NCBI GenBank assembly: GCA_021796385.1
Contig: JAJYXQ010000043.1
Span: 2,202 to 66,201 of the forward strand
Source: Thermoplasmata archaeon
GTDB taxonomy: Archaea; Thermoplasmatota; Thermoplasmata; Lutacidiplasmatales; UBA184
DNA: 64,000 nt
Direction of reading: 5' to 3'
Below are positions 57,901 through 64,000 of the stretch, in pieces (position 1 is the stretch's first letter; every line of letters starts with the position of its first letter). Both the position numbers and the translations under genes were made by a program. The notes beneath the pieces were generated by a model. It did no database searches. It worked only from the letters and a program-made list of their open reading frames with translations, and was not told the origin of the DNA.

Positions 57901-59251
57901 AATCAACCGCATAGAGCTGTGAACCGGAGGCGAAGGTGATGTTGAAGTCAAAGAGGGGGACCATCGAGAGGACGACCGAATTGAGCTTGCCGGCGCCCGT
58001 TCCGGTGAAAGTCACGTTCGTGTTCCCTAGCATCATAGAGTTCAGCAGGCCCGAGAGACCCTCGGGGTTCATGTACGGTTGAACAAATGTAGACCCAGGA
58101 ATCATTTCGGAGAAGTTGGTCATGTTGCCCTTGGAGACAACAAGTGTCTTTCCGACAAAATTGTGGCCCCCTGTCTCGAAGGTCGGAGTTAACGTGCCAT
58201 TGGCCGTAACGTTGATCACTCCAGTGAGGATGCCGGCGGACCACGTAGGGTAAGTATCCTGTATCAAGGCTTGAATGTTCGGTACAGTGAATCCTTTTAC
58301 CACTCCGGGAATCACAACGGGGTGCGACTGGACGGCCGAACTGACGAAGTTCTCGTTGAGGGTCGAGGTCAGGGCCAGGGGGTCGGCATAGTAGGATTGG
58401 ACTGTGCTATTGGTGGAGACCACCGTACTCCCTCCATTCACGGTGATCTGGGGAGCATAAGCGTTGTCTTGGCTATAGTTCGAGTTGCCAACCGGAACGG
58501 CATGATTCGCGCGGATGGTGGAGGAATTGAGGTAGAGAGTGGAGCCCCCCGCCGAGCCTCCTCCAACGTAGATCCATCCAGCGAAATCGAGGGTCCCATC
58601 AGAAGCAGATAGCATACTACCGTTTGTGACCGACAGGTTGAGCTTTGGATAGGACGCGAACGATCCCCCCGCCCCGACCGAAGTGTTAATCGAAGCGTTC
58701 AAGAGGCGGAGCTGGGCCCCGTTGGACACATTTAGATGGAACCGGAATGCAAGGTCGTCCGCCAGTCGGAAATTACTCGTGCCGGTTTGACTCTCGATGA
58801 GTAGATCGGCGTTCTCAATCGTGACGATCGCTTTATTGCAGACGGTAAAATTGCCGGCGACTGGGATGAAGCCGGTGGTTGAGGTGAGCGTACGGGTCTG
58901 GGGCCCGCAGATCGTGATCCCGGCGTTCGTCGAATTGGATGCCGCAGGGTTAACACCCTGAACTTGCGTGGCGGCAATCGGCCCATTTCCGGAAGGTCTG
59001 GCCAATGCAGTATTCGTGGGAACCACTAGCCCAACCGTGAACCCTGAGGCCAACAGCAGTATCAATACAATCGGCGCGAACAAACGACTCCAATACCGAA
59101 ACGAGGGTGACAACGCTCTCCCACTCTCCCAATGAGATGTAATAGGCCGAAGGCTTATAAAAGGTGACCAACTTTGTTTGACCATACTCGGGACCATCCG
59201 AAAGGGGGGAGTTGTGAATCCTTGCCCTGCCCAAAGCTGCCCGGATGCCAA
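54971..59251 (-). CDS. Large membrane-anchored surface glycoprotein with CARDB-like domains and cytoplasmic zinc ribbons
   Basis: Signal-like N-terminus, Ser/Thr/Asn-rich beta region, VVVDP...PEN, C-terminal TM, six CxxC motifs; start uncertain. Confidence 0.8.
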   Translation of the reverse strand: MASGQLWAGQGFTTPPFRMVPSMVKQSWSPFISLRPITSHWESGRALSPSFRYWSRLFAPIVLILLLASGFTVGLVVPTNTALARPSGNGPIAATQVQGVNPAASNSTNAGITICGPQTRTLTSTTGFIPVAGNFTVCNKAIVTIENADLLIESQTGTSNFRLADDLAFRFHLNVSNGAQLRLLNASINTSVGAGGSFASYPKLNLSVTNGSMLSASDGTLDFAGWIYVGGGSAGGSTLYLNSSTIRANHAVPVGNSNYSQDNAYAPQITVNGGSTVVSTNSTVQSYYADPLALTSTLNENFVSSAVQSHPVVIPGVVKGFTVPNIQALIQDTYPTWSAGILTGVINVTANGTLTPTFETGGHNFVGKTLVVSKGNMTNFSEMIPGSTFVQPYMNPEGLSGLLNSMMLGNTNVTFTGTGAGKLNSVVLSMVPLFDFNITFASGSQLYAVDSTFDVNYANSTCVIPADSNKLFFLGGSQGDLLNSSSYLTWLNQTVPSCGEQDAFEVDASSSYWVYDWARVTALGTTGAPLPGAQVQATSMVSNSTISALANASSNPSLFPAIFRAAVDSVAAPVAQYGVTQQNGQALLALGTSYVTLGSLPDGLYVGGLYNVTFNGKLTYLNGSSVQKGSGFARSPPLCGWPRSSAGCGLTILAPVSLELFTANVQVQSISLGTQGVFGCTSSCYVFEGNSVDVNVTVDDVNNLIVADQQAIPVYVYDLYGTTNTTLGEMLYNFDISSPAQQSQSISVTIPYSDSGSHTIQVVVDPMHVAPENGTIGKTMSLPYNVYKAPQILPSEAVITVYDACNGQPITLALANTCNRVNIDGTVTNTGDAGVTATLSLSWNGSTPIGVPVSRTVPAGGSATVNGSLLITTSTFLGAIQMHVETPLLPPITYNRVFFNISQTASFEDYTTLVLNNPSANFTLQSVGANGQLYSVAGATYTNSSGTFKLNASEVAQSPQYSPFGVGTGIGATAIMENVGGATSAANATLYLQNSSRLIPVSERTLGAIGYSPTSVDVLMPIWHINSTVIGSNVGLYTFDLVVRWSNTYIYGVENFNFSYSFNVYIRPPSIQLSPVSFTPTKVDLSATSVPELVIQTTATLVNPYVASMYVSYVDKTLGSNCTVSAGSPNVQNGTSPLPSFRVPLTCLQPGTYSLVLKFTLLGNTTYITAPALQNGVVAYVPAVSQASFLQQYWLWLVIAAIAVVAVALVLFFFRRLGRGNLVECGECGELIPESAVACPKCGAEFEKELMRCSRCGASIPSNSSVCPDCSALLVGLKPDPMAADYNTFTQRFRVVAQKELAENYNEGAFWDWWKRQPTYVPFTTWKQQMAVSGATGGSAPDAAAAKMKGRKGQGGAPPQAQMGQPMAPSPPSTQGQRMPQQPPATEAPPAGPTGPAGPGMKACPSCGRSINESMLLCPFCGAVTR

Positions 59252-59299
59252 AGCGGAAAGGCTTTCTACTGGCGGTTATCCTGACCACCGGTGCTAACC

Positions 59300-60778
59300 A
59301 TGAGCCAAGAGTTCGGTCTCTTCATCGGAGGAAAATGGGAGGTCCCGCCAGGAGCCAAGCGATTTGTGACGAAGAGCCCCGCCACAGGTGAAGAATTAGG
59401 AAGTTTCGTCTCTGCCACTGCGGCGGACGCGCGACGCGCGATCGAGTCGGCCGGCCAGGCTTTCGATGGCTGGCGACGCACCCCTCCACCGAAGCGGGGG
59501 CAGATCCTCTTGGAGGCAGCCCGAATCTTCAAGGAGCGCAAGAACGACCTGGGGCGGCTGGTCACTCAAGAGATGGGTAAGATCCTTCCCGAGGGAAAGG
59601 GCGACGTCCAGGAAGCAATCGATTTCGTAGAGTATATGAGCGGCGAGGGACGACGACTTCTCGGTGAGACCGTCCCGTCGGAGTTGCGCAACAAATATTG
59701 CTTTACCCTTCGCCAACCAAAGGGGGTTGTTGTGGCCATCACACCCTGGAACTTCCCGGTGGCCATTCCCAATTGGAAGATCGCGGCCGCGCTCATTTCA
59801 GGCAACACTGTTGTATTCAAACCTGCGAGCAACACATCCCGCTGCGGAGCTGAACTTACGAAGGTCTACGAAGAGGCGGGATTGCCACCGGGCGTTCTTA
59901 ACCTGCTCACTGGCTCTGGAAGTTCGGTAGGCAAGGAATTGACCACCCATCCCTTGGTCCGAGCGGTAAGCTTTACGGGGGGCACCGATACGGGACGCGG
60001 AGTCTATACCGAGGCCGCCCAAGCCCTCAAGTATGTGCATTTGGAGATGGGCGGGAAGAATCCCCAGATCGTGATGGACGATGCGGACCTAGACCTCGCA
60101 CTAGATGGAGTCCTTTTCGGGGCATTCGGCTCATCGGGTCAGCGATGCACTGCGACCAGCCGCCTCCTGATACAACAATCGGTTTATGATCGTTTTCTCG
60201 ACATGTTGTTGAAGCGCCTTGCGAAGTTCAAGGTTGGCAATCCCCTCAATGATGGCATCGACATGGGGCCAGTCGCCAGTGCGGATCAAGAGAAGAAGAT
60301 ACTCGGGTATATCGAGACCGGAAAGAGCGAGGGCGCCAAGCTTATCATGGGGGGAAAGAAGCTTAAGGGAGGTGCCTTTGACAAAGGGTACTTCATCGAG
60401 CCCACGGTCTTTGAAGCCCGGCATGGGATGCGCATCACCTTGGAGGAGATCTTTGGACCCGTGCTTTCGGTGATCAAGGTCGCGGACTTCGATGAGGCGG
60501 TTCGCGTTGCCAACGGTGTCGACTACGGACTCTCCTCGTCGATCTACACCCGGGATGTGAACCGTTCCTTCCAGGCAATGGAGCGACTGGAGGCAGGGAT
60601 CACCTACATCAATGCGCCCACCATCGGTGCCGAAGTTCAACTTCCCTTCGGCGGGATCAAGAACACCGGTAACGGAGGCCGAGAGGCGGGTACCGTGGCC
60701 ATCGAGGAGTTCACGGAGATCAAGACCGTTTTCGTTGACTTCTCTGCCCGTCTCCAGAAGGCTCAGATCGAAGTGTAA
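59300..60778 (+). CDS. Aldehyde dehydrogenase
   Basis: ITPWNFP, FTGGT, LEMGGKNP, GQRCTA, EEIFGP. Confidence 0.96.
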   Translation: MSQEFGLFIGGKWEVPPGAKRFVTKSPATGEELGSFVSATAADARRAIESAGQAFDGWRRTPPPKRGQILLEAARIFKERKNDLGRLVTQEMGKILPEGKGDVQEAIDFVEYMSGEGRRLLGETVPSELRNKYCFTLRQPKGVVVAITPWNFPVAIPNWKIAAALISGNTVVFKPASNTSRCGAELTKVYEEAGLPPGVLNLLTGSGSSVGKELTTHPLVRAVSFTGGTDTGRGVYTEAAQALKYVHLEMGGKNPQIVMDDADLDLALDGVLFGAFGSSGQRCTATSRLLIQQSVYDRFLDMLLKRLAKFKVGNPLNDGIDMGPVASADQEKKILGYIETGKSEGAKLIMGGKKLKGGAFDKGYFIEPTVFEARHGMRITLEEIFGPVLSVIKVADFDEAVRVANGVDYGLSSSIYTRDVNRSFQAMERLEAGITYINAPTIGAEVQLPFGGIKNTGNGGREAGTVAIEEFTEIKTVFVDFSARLQKAQIEV

Positions 60779-60781
60779 CGG

Positions 60782-61987
60782 ATGGTCTCGCCCGGTCAAC
60801 AGGGGGGGAAGAGCGCCTTCCCCTCCCGGCCCAGCTCTCTACGCACCGTCCAAGCCCGTCTTGCACGCGCCCTGCGAGAGGACTGGGACTACCGGAAAGG
60901 TCGCATCTTTGGGAGCATGTGCACTCAACCTTTACCTTGGGCCGAGCGCTTGGCGCAGCCGTTCGCTACCGCCAACACCGGGAATCCAGGCTTGTGCCCA
61001 GGGACGGTACGGTTGGAAGAGGAACTCATGGCCTGGCTCCTTGACCTCTTTCACGCCCCTTCCTTTGGTGCTGGAGGAACGGTCGTCACGGGGGGGACGG
61101 AGGGAAACATTACGGCACTCTGGATCGCCCGCAACGTATCCGGCCTCCGCGAGGTCGTTGTTCCCCGGAGCGCCCACTTCTCTGTCGCCAAGGCCCTCGA
61201 TCTTTTGTCTCTGAAGCCTCGTTGGGCAAAGACATCACCAGACGGGGTGGTGCGCGTAGAAGAGGTACGTCGTCTGGTTTCTTCTCGGACGGCGGCCGTC
61301 ATCGCAATGGCCGGGTCAACGGAGTTAGGTGCGGTCGATCCCATCCCGGAACTTTCCGAATGGCTTGAGCCCCGCGGAGTTCGGCTCCATGTCGACGCCG
61401 CATTTGGAGGATTCATTTTGCCCTTCCTCCGGGAGATCAAGGGCACGGACCTTCCCTTCGATTTCAAACTCCCAGGAGTGACCAGCCTATCCGTCGATCC
61501 ACACAAGATGGGCGGGGCTCCCATCCCCTCCGGAGCGCTGCTCTTGAGGAACTGGGAGGAAGCCCAGAGCATCATGACCGACTCTCCCTATCTGAGCACC
61601 CCCAGGTCCATCGGTCTTTTTGGCACTCGTCCTTCGCGGAACGTGGCGAGTACGTATGCTGCGATCGCCATGATGGGCCGGACCGGTTATGTGCGGCAGC
61701 TGCGGCGCGCACTTCAGCTCACGCACCGGATCGCCGAGGAAGGGCGGCGCTTGGGCATTCCTGCCGTCCGGGAGCCATCCCTCAACCTCGTGGTTCTTCA
61801 GCACCCGAACCCACAACAGGTTCAACTAGAGATGCTTCGGAGGGGTTGGGACATCAGTGCGATCCGCGAGCCCCGAGGCCTCAGGTTCGTGGTCATGCCC
61901 CATGTGACAGCGGCCTCTGTCAAGGAAATGCTCATCGATCTGACTACCGTTGTCCGAAGCAAACGACGTCAACGATTTCCATCGTAG
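60782..61987 (+). CDS. mfnA: PLP-dependent tyrosine/aspartate decarboxylase (MfnA-like)
   Basis: GSMCT.P, GGTEGN, HVDAAFGG, DPHKMG, GTRP. Confidence 0.88.
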   Translation: MVSPGQQGGKSAFPSRPSSLRTVQARLARALREDWDYRKGRIFGSMCTQPLPWAERLAQPFATANTGNPGLCPGTVRLEEELMAWLLDLFHAPSFGAGGTVVTGGTEGNITALWIARNVSGLREVVVPRSAHFSVAKALDLLSLKPRWAKTSPDGVVRVEEVRRLVSSRTAAVIAMAGSTELGAVDPIPELSEWLEPRGVRLHVDAAFGGFILPFLREIKGTDLPFDFKLPGVTSLSVDPHKMGGAPIPSGALLLRNWEEAQSIMTDSPYLSTPRSIGLFGTRPSRNVASTYAAIAMMGRTGYVRQLRRALQLTHRIAEEGRRLGIPAVREPSLNLVVLQHPNPQQVQLEMLRRGWDISAIREPRGLRFVVMPHVTAASVKEMLIDLTTVVRSKRRQRFPS

Positions 61988-63351
61988 TGGTACAAGCTGC
62001 GTTGGTTCTGGACCCGCTGTTTTGAGAGGGGCATCAACATGGCGTCCTCCTCCAATGCGTGAAGGGTTTCCTGTGCCGGCACGGCAATGGTGACCTGCCG
62101 GTATCGTCCCCCTCGTCCACGAGAAAGAAGCTCGGTGTGAATAAGCCCAAGGGTCTCCATCTCAGAGATGTAATTGAAAATGCTGCGCGTCGTGAGTGCG
62201 GTGATCCCCATCCGGCTGCAGAGATCGGCGTACCCATCGTAGACCTCCCCTGTGGGAAGCGGAACACGGCGCCGCTCGGTCGAAGAGACAATCGACCATA
62301 GAAGTATCTTGCATTGCACCGGGAGAGTCCGTACGCAGTCGGTGATGATGTCCGTTTCCAGGCTGGCCTTTGCTCGATGGACATGCTCCTCGGTGATGAC
62401 GGAAGAGCCGGTCCGCTCCGCGATCTGAGCGGAGACCCTAAGCAAAGCGAGAGCACGGCGGGCATCGCCGTTCTCTTGGGCCGCATAGACGGCGCACCGT
62501 TCGATGACCCCGGCCTCCACGACATCTTCACCGAACACTTCCTGCACACGGTCCCGGAGGATGTCCCGGAGCTGGGTCCAGTCATACGGGGGAAAAAGGA
62601 TCTTCTCCTCATTCATCCGGCTGCGCACCCGGGCATCGATGGAGTCCGTAAACTTGAGGTCGTTCGAGATCCCTATGATCCCAACCTTGGCGGAGGATAG
62701 GTCCGAGTTGACCTGCGAGAGGGTGTAGAGCACATTGTCTCCGGAGCGCTTGACGAGCTTGTCAATCTCATCGAGGATGAGAAGTATCGTCCCTCCTCGC
62801 TTCTCGAAGAGTGAACGCATCGTGACATACACCCGGTCAAGGGACCAACCGGTGGGTATGCGGGACTCCTCTAGTTCCGCCACGGCATTCCCTAGCGTCT
62901 GGAGTAAGGCGTAATGCGTGTCTACGTTCGCGCAGTTCACGGTGATGAATGTGAGGGGCTTGGGAAGTCCTTGACGGCGCTCCATGTCCTTTCGAATAAG
63001 GGTGATGACCGCGGTCTTCCCCGTCCCAATCTTCCCGTAGATCATGATGTTCGAAGGGGTGGCACCCTTGAGCGCAGGCGCCAAGATCTCCACAATCCGC
63101 TCAATCTCACGGTCACGATGGAGGAGGCGGGCCGGGACGTAGTTCTCTCGGAGCACTTCGGGGTTGCCCTTGTAGAGGACAGAGGACTTGTCCAGAATCC
63201 GGTTGAAGGCGCTGGCCACGGAGCCGGTGGAGTTGTCGGGATGGCCTGGCGAGCCATTCTCGTTTGATTCGTCCACGGTTCGCTCCTGGTAAGAGGAGGA
63301 TAGCACGCTCCCGACCTTAAAGACTTTCCATCTCGTTCGCATGTTATGCAA
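61969..63351 (-). CDS. cdc6: Orc1/Cdc6 replication initiator
   Basis: YVP.RL.HR, GKIGTGKT, LDEID, GDARRAL, wHTH; true start probably near 63276. Confidence 0.95.
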   Translation of the reverse strand: MHNMRTRWKVFKVGSVLSSSYQERTVDESNENGSPGHPDNSTGSVASAFNRILDKSSVLYKGNPEVLRENYVPARLLHRDREIERIVEILAPALKGATPSNIMIYGKIGTGKTAVITLIRKDMERRQGLPKPLTFITVNCANVDTHYALLQTLGNAVAELEESRIPTGWSLDRVYVTMRSLFEKRGGTILLILDEIDKLVKRSGDNVLYTLSQVNSDLSSAKVGIIGISNDLKFTDSIDARVRSRMNEEKILFPPYDWTQLRDILRDRVQEVFGEDVVEAGVIERCAVYAAQENGDARRALALLRVSAQIAERTGSSVITEEHVHRAKASLETDIITDCVRTLPVQCKILLWSIVSSTERRRVPLPTGEVYDGYADLCSRMGITALTTRSIFNYISEMETLGLIHTELLSRGRGGRYRQVTIAVPAQETLHALEEDAMLMPLSKQRVQNQRSLYHYDGNR

Positions 63352-63393
63352 GACTCGGCTTAAATCCCCTCACGCGTTCCCCCCGCCCGGAGC

Positions 63394-63466
63394 GCCGCCA
63401 TAGCTCAGTTGGCAGAGCAGCTGATTTGTAATCAGCAGGTCGAGAGTTCAAACCTCTCTGGCGGCT
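63394..63466 (+). tRNA. tRNA-Thr(UGU), no intron, no encoded CCA
   Basis: GCCGCCA/TGGCGGC acceptor stem, GCTGA-TTTGTAA-TCAGC anticodon arm, GTTCAAA T-loop; TTAAAT box ~30 nt upstream. Confidence 0.96.
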
Positions 63467-63512
63467 CCGACGGACATAGGAGCTATCTACTCGAGCCCCC
63501 TGAGAGTCCCCC

Positions 63513-64000
63513 GTGTTCGATCCACCTATTCCAAGCCGCACGCCCTCGCTCTCGGAGCGATGGAGACCCACCACTCTGAACGGTGTCGTGGGCCAGTGGG
63601 ACGCCGTGAACCGGTTGCGGACGTTTGGGAACGCATGGTCCTCGCATTTGGACGACCGAGCGTCATAGCAGCCGTCCTGGAAGGCCCGACAGGTTCAGGA
63701 AAGACTTCCGCCGCCCATGCTCTTGCCCACGACATGGGTTGGAACATTGTGGAGATGAATGCCTCGGATGCGCGGAACGAGGATGCGCTGTCCGAGATTG
63801 CGGGACGGGCCTCGATCACGGATTCCTTTTCTGACGATGGACGTTACCTCTCAGCCTCGAGCGGAGGACGGAGCCTCGTGCTCATGGACGAGGTGGACGC
63901 ACTGCCCCTCGGCTCAGGACGGAAGGGGCGCAGCAGCGCGACGCGTCCCGTAGTGAGCTTCCGGGAGTTTCTGCAGGGAAGATACCGTCGCATCGAAGAG
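63513..64000 (+). CDS. rfcL: Replication factor C large subunit (partial; apparent frameshift ~63645)
   Basis: SERWRPTTLNGVVGQ in one frame; GPTGSGKTS, EMNASDAR, MDEVD in another. Confidence 0.88.

Noticed and set aside
63277-63393. Replication origin next to cdc6
   Set aside because: Short spacer with promoter-like boxes only; no ORB repeats or AT-rich unwinding element

Overview
Archaeal chromosome segment. Archaeal-type AlaS, Cdc6/Orc1, RFC-L, split GuaAB, MfnA and KaiC/GvpD-like ATPases are present; the GC-rich sequence and gene set suggest Thermoplasmata (inference). Bases 1 to ~18610 are the right part of an integrated mobile element/defence island whose left end is outside the window. 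It carries a Zn-finger/DUF932 operon behind a long fold-back region, a TIR-like gene, a Nudix gene, a GNAT toxin-antitoxin pair and a type I R-M operon with a PIN-GNAT-PUA/EVE gene plus an ASCH gene between hsdS and hsdM. It also carries an internally deleted serine resolvase, two HEPN-motif genes (one paired with DUF262), an HNH gene and a terminal tyrosine integrase. The element ends at a small palindrome lying in the Walker B codons of a 5'-truncated VirD4/HerA-type ATPase. The most unusual sequence-level signal is a family of three related GC-rich structured intergenic elements (~430-820, ~3320-3410, ~3900-4080) in front of successive + strand genes. The rest is mostly housekeeping: KaiC-like cluster, AcnX, ABC exporter, H+-PPase, uvrB, purEK, sua5, icd, nth, alaS, guaAB, sqdB plus a large glycoprotein, ALDH, mfnA, cdc6, tRNA-Thr and rfcL. 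Several single-base frameshifts may be assembly errors. All family calls come from motif recognition by eye; no searches were run.
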